DNA of 64,000 nucleotides from Chiloscyllium plagiosum. Its lineage: Eukaryota. Shown here piece after piece: positions 40,001-51,600 of the stretch (position 1 is the first letter of the stretch; each line of letters starts with the position of its first letter). Below the pieces are notes generated by a model. It saw only the letters and a list, made by a program, of their open reading frames with translations, ran no database searches and was not told the DNA's origin. Position numbers and translations under genes: made by a program. Where the stretch lies: NCBI RefSeq assembly GCF_004010195.1, contig NC_057724.1:60773687-60837686 (forward strand), in the 5' to 3' direction.

Positions 40001-41480
40001 TTTCCTTTTAACAGGCGAATGACTTCCCTTGATGTTCCAGGTACACCATTTAACAAGATACTTAGCCATATCCCCTTTCAGAGACCCTTGAACCTCCAGG
40101 AGGGAGAACGCTGCTTACAATGCACTGAGCACAAGTAAATAAAGATTCAGAGTCGCAGAATTGTGTACATAAAAATACTGTATCATAACTACAAACAACT
40201 ATTGCTACCAAAAAACTACAAAGAAGCCAACTATAAAACCTTGAACAGGAGACTCTCCATCCTTGCCACAGGGGGCACTCACCCGACCCAACCCCTCCTT
40301 CACAGCTCCTTCAAGCCCGGACTACGCCCCAGCCTTAGGCAAAAAAAACTAAACAAGGAGATGATCCTAAGTGAGCAAAGCAAGAAGACAAAGTCAGGAT
40401 AAGCACTCCGCCCATCCCCAGCTCTATTCCAGTTATAAAAATATAATAGCAACAACATATTCCAAGTTTTTTTAATTATTAGGGAAAGAGAAGGGGAAAA
40501 AAGGGGGCAGAAGGGAAAACACAGAAAAAAGGAAAAGATGATGAATATTAACTGTATTCTTCAGAGCAGTTGGTCTATTTTAAAGAGTCTACAAAATTCT
40601 AAGCTTTATCAGATGAGTCAAAAGTATAAACTGAGTCCTCGTGGCTGAAACGGAGCACTGTGGGGTACTTCATGGAGTACTGGATGCCCAAGTTCCTCAG
40701 CCTCTTTTTAGCTTCATCGAATTACAGCTGCTGAGAAATCCTGGAAAAACATGATTTTTGACCCCTTGTGCAGCAGTGCCTGTGGGTCTTTCCCCAGTGA
40801 TCTGGAGGCTTCTATCATTTTTTGCTCGTCCTTGTATGTATGGAAGTGCTCTAGGACCAGGTAGGGGCATTGTACCGACCCAGACCCGTGCACTGTGAAC
40901 TGATAAGTTCTTTCAATCTGCAGTCGACTAGACTTTATTTGAAGGTCCAGGAACTGCTGCACAAAGAAGCTGACTGGCTGCCCACCTTGCTCACCTTCCG
41001 GGAGCTTGACAATCTGAAAATTCATCCTTCAACCTCGATTTACGAGGTTGTCATCCTGGTCTCATAAGGCCCGCACCTCCCGCTCCAGTACCTGGATCTG
41101 ACTGGATGAGGACTCGATTGCCACTTCCAAGGCTTTGGTTCAACCCTCCATCTCCTCACCGCAGCCCTGGAAGCCCCGTTCATGCTTCTGCAGCATGGAC
41201 ACAATGGGTTGAACGTGGGCACGGATCTCCACAATCGCAGCCCCACCCTTCGAGGTAGGTCTTGCCACTGTCGGTGCCAATTCCTGAAAGTCTGTCAGGT
41301 CCCCGGGGGTTCGGGAGAGGCTGATGCTGCTGCCTCTGGTGTGCCTGGTGCTACAGGGGAGTGTCCTCCTTGCTGCTGTTGCTCTCTCCTTTTTCTTTTG
41401 GTATCCTTCCCACTCCCAAATATTAACGAATACGTGTTCTGTAAGGTTTTAAACTAATACTTTCTCCACATAAGTTAGCC
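37050..41480 (-). mobile_element. L1-clade LINE (ORF1 plus EN/RT remnants), disrupted
   Basis: ORF1-like KLPEGEQG...IMFFQDFSAAV; EN-like VDIALLQENHL, DIWRCLHPTGRDFTFFS; RT-like YRTISLLNSDFKILSKIL, LDAEKAFDQVEW, QGCPLSSLLF, RIALIKMNVLPRLLY. Confidence 0.9.
38795..39112 (+). mobile_element. HE1-type SINE inserted in the L1
   Basis: Complete SINE with ATCTA tail, antisense to the surrounding L1. Confidence 0.9.
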
Positions 41481-41569
41481 AGGGATGGCAACAAACACCA
41501 ATGTCCCTTGGCTGATAGGTGGAGCCTCCAAGGTAGCAGAATCACTGCCAGCTTGCCGAGAACAACTTC

Positions 41570-42787
41570 AGTTTTTTTGAAGAAGTAACGAAGAGGATTG
41601 ATGAGGGCAGACCAGCGGACAAGATCTATATGGACTTCAGTATGGCGTTCAATAAAGCTCCTTGTGCTAGAATTGTTCGCAAAGTTGGATCATATGGAAT
41701 ACAGGGAGAACTAGGCATTTGGATACAGAACCGACGCAAAGGTAGAAGACAGAGGGTGGTGGTGGAGGATTGCTTTTCAGACTGGAGGCCTGTGAACAGT
41801 GGTATGCCACTAGGATCAGTGCTAGGTCCACTGCTTTTTGTAATTTATACAAACGATTGGGATGTGAACATATGAGATATGGTTAGTAAGTCTGTAAATG
41901 ACACGAAAGTTGGAAGTGCAGCGAAGGAGGTTACTTCAGATACAACGGGACCTTGATTAGATGGGCCAGTGGGACAAGGAGTAGCAGATGGAGTTTAATT
42001 TAGATAAATGTGCTGCATTTTGGAAAGGCAAATCAGAGCAGGACTTATACACTTAATAGCAAGGTCTTGTGGACTGTTGCTGAACAAATTGACCTTGGAG
42101 TACAGGCTCATAGTTCCTTGAAAGTGGAGTTGTAGGTAGATAGGATAGTGAAGAAGGTGATTGGTATGCTTACCTTTATTGGTCAGTGCGCTGAGTATAG
42201 GAGTAGTGAAGTCATGTTGCAGCTGTATAGATCATTGGTTAAGCCACTAGTGGAATGCTGCATGTAATTCTGGTCTCCCTGCTATAGGAAGGGTGTTGTG
42301 AAACTTGAAAGGGTTCATAATAGATTTACAAGGATGTTGTCAGGGTTAAAGGGTTTGAGCTAGAGGGAAAGGCTGCATAGACTGGGGTTATTTTCCCCGA
42401 GGCTGAGAGGTGACCTTATTGAAGTTTAAAAAATTGTGAGGGGCAGAGATAAGGTAAATAGACAAGATTTTTTCTTTAGGCTGGTGGAGTCCAAAGCTAG
42501 AGGGCATAGGTTTAAGGTGAGCGGGGAAAGATTTAAAAGGGACCTAATGGGTAACTTTTTCATGTAGAGGATGGTGCATGGATGAAATGAGCTGCCAGAG
42601 GAAGTGATGAAGGCTGGTATCATTACAACATTTAAAAGGCACCTTGATGGGTGTATGAATAGGAAGGGTTTAGAGGGATATGGAACAAATGTTGTCAAAT
42701 GGGACTAGAATAATTTAGGATATCTGGTCAACATCGACAAGTTGAACCGAAGTGTCTGTTTCCATTCTGTATAGCTCTATGACTCTA
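41570..42787 (+). mobile_element. CR1 LINE 3' part
   Basis: MDFSMAFNK..., [12 protein letters not shown] remnants and CR1 tail. Confidence 0.9.
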
Positions 42788-43324
42788 GGTTTGTGAGACA
42801 CAACCTCCCCTCTACAAAGCCATGCTGCCTGTAGCTGGAAATCCATGTTCTCCAAATCTGAATAAATCCCGTTACTCAGAACCTTCTCCAATAATTTCCA
42901 TACCATTGACACAAGGCTCAGTGGTCTGTAATTTCCCAGATTATCCCCATTGCTCTATTTAAACAAGGGACCAACATTGGCTATTCTCCAGTCCTCTGGG
43001 ACCTCGCCTGCGACTAAACAGGGTACAGGATAAAGAGGTCATTCCAAATACTTGATTTGGATGAACTATTTCCTTCACTCTTAACATCTTTCCTTTTATC
43101 CGATTTCTAAAAGTACACATTTACAGAGATCTCTCATTGAATTGCAAACTCTCAATCACAATGTATTCTGGCACCCAGGTTTATTTGTCAGTAATATTTT
43201 TGCTCTCTACATGTCTGGACCAAACAGCCAGTTTGACAAACAACTTCAGCCTGGAATAATCTTACCTAGCATAGGTAAGAACAGGGATCCAGTATACTTG
43301 CTTAATTTACTACATTAATCTCAC

Positions 43325-43435
43325 CTGTTTTTAAGTGATACTGTTTTCCCAGAATCCAAGTAGGCTCTTCGGTGTCTGGAAAATCTTCAAGCAAATCAGA
43401 GAAGCCAGGTATTTGATTTTCACACTTGGCCAGAA
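43325..43435 (-). CDS. ATG4A: ATG4A (cysteine protease) coding exon 2
   Basis: cag|TT CTG GCC...AAA ACA G|gtgaga = (V)LAKCENQIPGFSDLLEDFPDTEEPTWILGKQYHLKT, similar to human ATG4A VLSKYEDQITIFTDYLEEYPDTDELVWILGKQHLLKT; 111 nt, phase 1/1; head-to-head with PSMD10 as in mammals. Confidence 0.9.
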
Positions 43436-43769
43436 CTGTTGCAATATAAAAGAGATAGCATAGTAAAGACAGCATAGAAAACAACAAAAATACATTTCTG
43501 AACATTCTCGTTTAACAAATCAGGATGTTTTTAAAATGTTGGCATCGCAGGTGACAACAGCAGGCTCAAAAGGCCAAATTGTCTTAAGCTTTCAGGATCA
43601 TCAATAATCTTTAGGGATGAGAACCTGGTTCTTTGCCTATCTCATGAGTGACTTAAGGTCCACACCAATGTCATTGACTTGTGACTATTCTACTAAGTTC
43701 CCAAGCAAGCTAATCAGTTATATCAAACTGATGTCATTTTCTTAAAAACTAAAGATGGGCGACATCACT

Positions 43770-44110
43770 GTGGGCGGCACGGTGGCACAGTGGTTAGCAC
43801 TGCTGCCTCACAGCGCCTGAGACCCGGGTTCACTTCCCGCCTCAGGCGACTGACTGTGTGGAGTTTGCACGTTCTCCCCATGTCTGCGTGGGTTTCCTCC
43901 GGGTGCTCCGGTTTCCTCCCACAGTCACAAAGATGTGCAGGGTCAGGTGAATTGGCCATGCTAAATTGCCCGTAGTGTTAGGTAACGGGTAAATGTAGGG
44001 GTATGGGTGGGTTTCGCTTCGGCGGGTCGGTGTGGACTTGTTGGGCCGAAGGGCCTGTTTCCACACTGTAATGTAATCTAATCTAATGTAATCAAATCTA
44101 ATCTAATCTA
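43770..44110 (+). mobile_element. Young HE1-type SINE in ATG4A intron 1
   Basis: CpGs intact, long (AATCT)n tail, ATCACT duplication at 43764-43769 and 44111-44116. Confidence 0.92.
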
Positions 44111-44644
44111 ATCACTACGTTCCAAGAATCAATGTTAAGATAAAAACTCTACCAGGCTGGACAGAAAGAGAAGTAGTTGTGGAAAATTAAATTTTTTGTT
44201 ACTTGCATTTCCAAATGAAAAGTCTTGCTTTAGTGGCAACATATTAAACTAGTAAGGAGATTATGTGATCAAGCCACACTCTAAAGACTTCAGCACATCA
44301 TTTAAGTTGACACTTTGTTGCAGTAATGAGGAAGACCTACACTGCTACTGGTGACATGCTGCCTTTTTCAACAAGCTCTCTGAGGTAAATACAAATATAA
44401 TTGTATACCACTATTTGAAGAATTACAACAGTCTTGTAATTGGAGCAGCAGAACTAGCTCATAAGTTCAAATGGCTTAATCTTGTTCCTACGTTCCTATT
44501 GCCAGCCTAGTTGGCTACAGAAGTTCCGACTGCAACATCTTCCTTTGTCCTCACTCATGATTCACATCCATGCAATTTTTTACATTAATCATTGAACAGT
44601 AATTAACAATGTGGAAAACTAGACTGGCCTCCTACCTCGGAGTT

Positions 44645-45590
44645 CAGAGTTGAAGAGTGTGGTGCTGGAAAAGCACAGCCAGTGAGGCAGCATCCAAGGA
44701 GCAGGAAAATCAATGCTTTGAGCGTAAGCGCTTCATCAAGAATGATGGGGCAGACCAAGGGGACTGAGAGATAAATGGAAGGGGGGGTGGGGCGGGGATA
44801 GATGGCAATGGGATAGGGAGCTGAAGGCAAGGGTGAAGATGATAGAACAGAAAGGAGGGTAGAGCAGAGATGGACAGGTAGGACAGTTCAAAAGGGCATG
44901 TCGAGTTGGCAGATTGGAGGGAGGGGAAATGAGGAAACTAGTGAAATCCACATTGATTCCGTGTGGTTGGAGGATCCCAAGGCAGAGGATGAGACGCTCT
45001 TCCTCCAGGCATTGGATGGCTAGAGTTTGGTGGTATAAGCGACCCAGGACCTGCTACTGCTACTGTGTCCATTGCTCTCAATGTGGTCTCCCCTACATTG
45101 GGGAGACAGGACGCCAACTAGCAGAATATTTCAGAGAACATCTCTGGGACACACGCACTAAACAACTCCATCACCCTGTGGGATTGGGAGTTAAAACATT
45201 CGGCCGCAGAGCCTCCTTCACACTAAATTCTAGCCATCTTGGGACCCTCCAACCACATGGAATCAATGCGGATTTCATCAGTTTCCCCATTTCCCAGATC
45301 CAACCTTTCAACTCGGCCACCCTCTTGAACTGTCCTATCTGTCCATTATCCTTCCCACCTATCCGCCCCACCCTCCTCTGCCACCAATCACCTTCACCCC
45401 TAAATTCATATACCTATCGCATTCCCATTTAACTTACCCCTCCAGCCCCACACCTCTCCAATTTATCTCTCAGACCCCTTTGGCCACCTCCTCATTCCTG
45501 ATGAAGAGCTAATGCTCAAAATGTCAACTGTCCTGCTCCTCAGATGCTGCCTGACCAGCTGTGCTTTTCCAGCACCACACTCTTCGCTTC
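44645..45590. mobile_element. Older Neptune-type PLE remnant with inverted ends
   Basis: CVHCSQCGLPYIGETGRQLAEYFREHL GIY-YIG remnant; decayed hammerhead motifs near 44710-44740 (-) and 45497-45526 (+). Confidence 0.8.
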
Positions 45591-46648
45591 TGGTTTCCTA
45601 CCTCTTCATCAAGGGTAGCACAACAACTGCAGCATTGTCCTGGCAGAGATCAGCTGGCTCACTAGTGGAATTTGAGAGTTTGTTAGTTCACAAATCATAA
45701 AAATTGTTAATCACAAAGTCATCAGGGTTCAACTTGGTTCAAATTGTGTTTTTTTCTTGTTCCAGATTCAGCATGTAACATATCTATTTCTGTAGATTCC
45801 TTGTCGACCTGCTGTGTTTACTTTATCACTGTAAACATACATCAAGATATTTTCTACTAAATAAATGTTTCAAAAAAAAACTCACCACTCAGAGTTGCAA
45901 CACACCACAGACACATTCACCAGTGCATGTCCTAGCATTTTTGTTTAAACCCTGACAAGTTTACACTGAACAGGTTTTGATTCGGTAAACATTGGCAAGA
46001 ACGTGGCACTGGGACAGCTGTGGTCAATCCTCACAAGCTGTCAAAAGGGTCAACTCAAGGCACCAAGAATCAACATAGGATGTCATTCCTATTTAGATCC
46101 AAGTCACTTTATTTTAAGACAGGGTTTCATGTCATTGTGTAACGGGTAGTCAACAAGCTTTCATTAACTTGACATCACGAATGAACATCTTACGAGCTTC
46201 GCCTAACTTAAACAAACTATACATTTAAATGTATACTTGACCAAACAAAAAGTTGAGCAGGCGCCAAGCATTGATAAGAAGGAACTCCTTTGAACGTTTT
46301 AATAAGTAACAGTAACAAATAATTCGACATCAGCTAAATTCCAAGCCCACGGTGCTTCTTTCAGTTTCTGAACAGGTAATAGCGTAAATAACGAATTATA
46401 AGATTCAAACAAATGCCAGCAGCAATTAAACTACAAATTGATACCATCCCCCACAACACTAATTGTTACAATATTTATTATAGCCTCGAAACAACCATAA
46501 ATGCAGTTACACTCACAGCTTTTACCCAACCACCGACCACTCTGTTAACTAGCACTGAATCAACTTACAAACGACGCTTAACGAAGGGAAGGCTGAGATA
46601 GTTTTGGGAATGCATCTATTAGTTTTGTTCCAACAGCTAAGACGTTAC

Positions 46649-46658
46649 CTGCGTCCAT
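46649..46658 (-). CDS. ATG4A: ATG4A coding exon 1 (10-nt ATG GAC GCA G)
   Basis: agaATGGACGCAG|gtaacg at the CpG island edge; gives MDA(V) in frame with exon 2. Confidence 0.8.
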
Positions 46659-46659
46659 T

Positions 46660-47392
46660 CTCAGTCCTGTCAGTGTCATCACAGGATCAAAGCGATGAGC
46701 CTGCGCACAGTACGCAGTGGCTTTTGGTCAATGTAGTCCTCCTGCGCTCCGAGCCTTTGTCTCTCCCCAAGACATGTTGGACTACAGTTCCCGGAATGCA
46801 CCGTACCCGACAATGATGTAATTCCGCTGTGAGCTGGCGCCGGCTAAAGGCCGGCCTCCGTTGCTAGGGCCTAAAGCTCAGAGGAAGGACGAGAAATGGC
46901 TGTCTCCTTCGGTCACTAACTGTGAGCCTGTATCTCCATTGACCGCTCCTGAAGAGCGGAAGGTAACAAGGACACTCAACGAGTGAATCAGTACGGCAAT
47001 GCCCAGTGTGTTTTCCTTTCATCTAATTGGTCAGCTACGCTTTGAATGACAGCCGTTTAGGGGTGGGGACAACGCTATGATTGACAGCCGTGGGAAGCGG
47101 AGACAATGCTGAGGAGGTTCCTGGCTGGGGGCGGGGTCAGTGGCGTTTGCCTTCCCAGCCGGAGGCGATACCACTGATGTAATGAAAAACAAAGGGGGCG
47201 GGGCCAGTGATCTATCTGATAGACACTTGAATCGGGGGTGGGATAAATGGGACAGGGGAGGCGATCATTGGCGCAGGAGGCGGGGTCAGGTCAGGAGATG
47301 TGTGTACGGGGCGAGCATGAAGAACCGGAAGGAATATTGGTTTCTGCGGAAGTGGAGTCTCTTTTCGGTTGCTATGAGAGTGAATCAGCATC
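46660..47392. promoter_or_regulatory. ATG4A/PSMD10 bidirectional CpG-island promoter
   Basis: About 735 bp between divergent ATGs; GC boxes (GGGGCGGGG near 47127 and 47195), ATTGG boxes, ETS-like CGGAAGTG near 47346, and GACTACAGTTCCCGGAATGCACCG at 46780-46803 (ACTACA plus ZNF143/SBS-type motif). Confidence 0.8.
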
Positions 47393-47506
47393 ATGGATGG
47401 TTCAGTGTCTAATGTGGAGATCTGTAACCTGGCCTACACAGGGGAGCTGGAGCAGCTTAAGACGCTTGTCCTGTCAAATAAGAGTTTGGCTACCATAACT
47501 GATCAA
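47393..47506 (+). CDS. PSMD10: PSMD10 (gankyrin) coding exon 1
   Basis: MDGSVSNVEICNLAYTGELEQLKTLVLSNKSLATITDQ|gtaagc, similar to human MEGCVSNLMVCNLAYSGKLEELKESILADKSLATRTDQ; 114 nt. Confidence 0.95.
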
Positions 47507-48668
47507 GTAAGCTAAAATCCCCCTTTTACAATTTATATTGTCAAGAGGCTGTGCTGAGACGCTTCTCCATAGTGAGGGTCGGTTTGGGATCCCGAGAGGT
47601 TCATTTGTAGTTCCATTGGGAAAACATATTCCACTGATTTTGTCCAAATGTCCTTTTGGCTCCTTGCCTGCACCCTTCAGAGCAATCCATTCCGCATAGC
47701 ATTGCAGGTTTTTTCTGAGGTTGAATTTCGATGCTGTGGAGGTGCCCGTGTTGGACTGGGGTGGACGAAGTCAAAAATCTTGATTTGATTAAATTTATTA
47801 TTGAAATACAGTGAATAGTATTGTACTGCGTGCTAACTGGACAAATCATACCTTACATAAGTACTTTAGGATAATAGAATGCAAAAGGCAATGTTACAGT
47901 GAAAGTGCAGAGAAATATTAACTGTAGTATTTGAGAGGTCTGTTCATAAGTCTGATAACAAGCTGTTCTTCATTACAGAATGGATATGTGCTAATAGATG
48001 GATTATGTGGTTAGAATAACAGGATCAATTATCTTTTAGCATGGGTTATTAATGACCTTTTGAGCAAAAAATCTGCTCTGCTTACCTGGCCTGTTCTACA
48101 TCAGACTCCAACCCACAACAGTACTTGAGTTCAGAAGAACTGAACTGGACTTGAAACATGAGCTCTGTTTCTGTCTCCACAGATGCTAGATCCTTCAGCA
48201 TCTTCTGTTTCAGATTTCCAACATCTGTGGTATATTCCTTTTAGTTAATGGGCTGATTCTTATCTGTCTTCTGGACAAAGAATGCTGGTGTAGCCACATC
48301 TCATAGTCAGCTAAAATACAAATGATGTTGTATTAATAATGAACCTCACGCAAATGCTCTGAGCACATGGGATTGGATCCTGCCAAAGCAGATGGTGAAA
48401 TTTTAATTAAACAAAAACAAAAAGCTTGGTTACAAAAAGTTAACCTAATAGTGACCATGTAATCACTGTCATTGTTGTTTTTTTTTAAAAATCTAGTTTG
48501 ATAATGACCTTTAGGGAAGGAAATCTTCCTTCCTTGCCTTGCATTTGATTCCAGACCCACAGCAAAAAGTAATTCTTAGCTATGTTCTTGGAAATAAGGG
48601 ATGGGCAATGTCTAGCCAGTGACACCCCCATCACTTTTTTTTAACCATATGAAATAAGAAAAACATAT

Positions 48669-51600
48669 TTAGAATGTGTATAGGGTATGTGCAAATCGGG
48701 AAAGGGTTAAGTTCTGAGTTTTGTGAAACAAGTTCAGCTGAGCATGATTCAGATCAGATAAGAACTTGCCGTTAACAATGTGGTACTGGAGACAATGGCA
48801 ATGGGTTATCAAGGTGGAAAAGCATTCATTATGTAGAGCCATTTAACAATATTGGAAGCATTCAGTATGCAAGGTCAGCTAACCAGGGGAAAAGTATCCA
48901 TTGTATGAATCCGGTTAAGGTCATTCATTGTATAACAGTAAAGGGCTAGGTCTGTTCTATTGATACTTGCTGATTGTAACGGTCACCCAATTAATATGTA
49001 TGTTGCCTTATTTGGATATTCCTTCCTATAAATTGACTCTATAGTTCAATGAGAAACCGTTCTTCGAGAGAAGACCGAGAACTCATGTCTCTGTGCATGT
49101 GTGCGATCGTTCTCTCCTCCTCCAGGGCTGGAATAAAGGTGGAGGTAAAACCATGCTGTGTCTCTGAGCATTTTGCTTCAGCTGAGGGGGGGATATTGGC
49201 ATAGTTGACAGGATCCAAACGGATAGTTATGATTGGACAGTGTTGGCGGCTGCCCAGAACATTGGTGTCTCAAGAGGGACAGGCCCACGAGGTAAGTTTG
49301 TAAACCTTGGTCCCTCTTGATATTCCTGTGCCGGAGATGGTCCCCTTGCTCAATTGCTGTCTATTTTATGAATTCCTCCAATGGTAATTCAGTCGAGAGA
49401 CACAGTTTCACAAGTGCGTTAGCAGGCAGAGGTTTGAGTCCTCTGCACTGCATTGGGGGGTAGATGCGTGTGATAGAGGCTAGAGTTTTCTGCATGGTAC
49501 TGGGGTTCAAGTCCCGGGAGGAGTGGGGCAGGGGGTGGTGATTTGTGGTTCGGGTTCTCTGCACAGTACTGGGGTTAGAGTCCTCTGGGGTGGGCTTGAT
49601 TGAGATGTCAGTCCTCTGCGCAGTACTGGAGTTTGAGTCTATTGGGTGGGTTGATCTGAGGTTCAAGTCCTCCACACTGCTGAGGTTCGAGCATTGTGTT
49701 AAAGTGAGCTTCGAGCTCTATGTTTAATTGGGATCGAGCTTTCTGTGTTTAAGTGGGATTCGGGTTCTCTGAGTTCAATTGGTGTTCGTGCCTCCATGAG
49801 GAGTAAAGTGAGAAAGGGGTTAAAGTCCCCTAGTGGTGAAATTTGAGGGTCTTAGTCTTGTTCTGGGGGAAGAGAGTGGCTTGGATTGTGGCGCCATGTG
49901 GTCTGCTGCAAGGGCTTTCTCTTGTTATAAGTGTAATATCAGTGAGAGGATGCAAAATAAAAATGAAAATGCTGAAATTAAGGTTGTACTAATACTTGGG
50001 TTGAAAAAGGAAAGTTTCAATGTAAATTGTGCCATGCTGAGAGTGTTTGATGTTTAAAAATTTTGGTTTGTTAAAATACTGGTTCAGAAAATCCTTTTAA
50101 GTGACTGTTTTGCCTTGTTTGTATCAGGAACTCAATTCAATGTGTTTTGTGGGCTATGTATAGGGTCAAATTTTGTTTTTACATTGAAATTATACACTGT
50201 TATGTCCTCATCAAAATTAGCATACTTGTAATCTTAAAACAAATTGATTGCCTTGAGCCCCTGAATTGTTTCAAATTCTACAGTGCCTGTTTCAAAAAAA
50301 CTGCTGAGTCACTGGTCATGCTTTAGCCAGATGAGAGAATTGTATTATAGTATCTTTGCTGCTGTGTTTTTTGATGCAGAGTGTTCACAAAAAGAAGAGT
50401 GCATTTTAATCTTGATGTTTTGTTAAGATTTTAGAGAATATTAGAACTTGAGGCTGATCTGTTTCAGTTCTGTTATTATTAAGACTTTATTGGTTCCCTT
50501 CATACTGCAAATTCAAAGAATGTTGATCTCTACCAAAATTGCCACTGTAATTCAAACGGTTTTATTTGGAGAACATACTTTAAAATATTCAGCATTTGTT
50601 TCCCACGAATATTTGAGATTTAAATCTAAACTGAAACTGCCTCTTCAATTGCTAAAGCACAGGAAACATTTTGTTGGTTTCTTGCAGTTCCAGACTTTTG
50701 AAATACTTTTCCTGACAGCTTTCACATTAGCCAAGTATCAATTTGTTTAAAGAAAATAATTTTTGAAAACCTGAATGTGGTACCTGAGGGTTTGATTTTA
50801 GGACCGACCATTGCTTGTTGTTGTCTAATTGACTGAATCATTTAGACAGTACAATTTAGAAGTTTCTGGATTGTATAAAACTTAATAATGTTGTAAGTAG
50901 TGGACAGAATAACAGGCTTCAAGACGACTGAGAATGTTGAAATAGGCAGACACAATTTAGTGTAGTTGAATGTGTGACTGTCTTCATACTGATAACCACC
51001 TCGGCAAGGAAGGAACGAGAGAGGAAATGCAAAGCTCACGTTGTCTCTAGATTTTCTCCATTCACAGGTAAAGCATGCCTTCGGACCACCGCCCACCCCT
51101 CCACAACCTGATCCAACAGATTCAATAGCTCCCCAGTCATGAACACAAAAATGAAGAAACCAACAACAGTGAAGAGTTAAAGGTTTAGATGGAGAGGAAT
51201 TTGTTAAGTGTGTACAAGACAATTTTCTGATTCAGTATATGGATGTGCCTACTAGAGAAGGTGCAAAACTTGGGAAATAAGGCAGGAAAGGTGACTGAGG
51301 TGTCAGTGGGGGAGCACTTTGGGGCCAGTGACCATAATTCTATTCATTTTAAAATAGTGATGGAAAAGGATAGACCAGATCTAAAAGTTGAAGTTCTAAA
51401 TTGGAGAAAGTCTATTTTTGACGGTATTAGGCAAGAACGTTTGAAAGCTGATTGGAGGCAGATGTTCGCAGGTAAAGGGACGGCTGGAAAATGGGAAGAC
51501 TTTCAGAAATGAGATAACAAGAATCCAGAGAAAGTATATTCCTGTCAGGGTGAAAAGAAAGGCTGGTAGGTGTAGGGAATGCTGGATGACTAAAGAAATT

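Noticed and set aside
6334-44110. tRNA-like sequences at the heads of seven elements
   Set aside because: Each continues into a V-domain, and all but one into a LINE-type tail, so they are SINEs, not tRNA genes.
49425-49800. Repeat-spacer-like pattern resembling a CRISPR array
   Set aside because: Eukaryotic intron, degenerate repeats, spacers related to each other, no cas genes.
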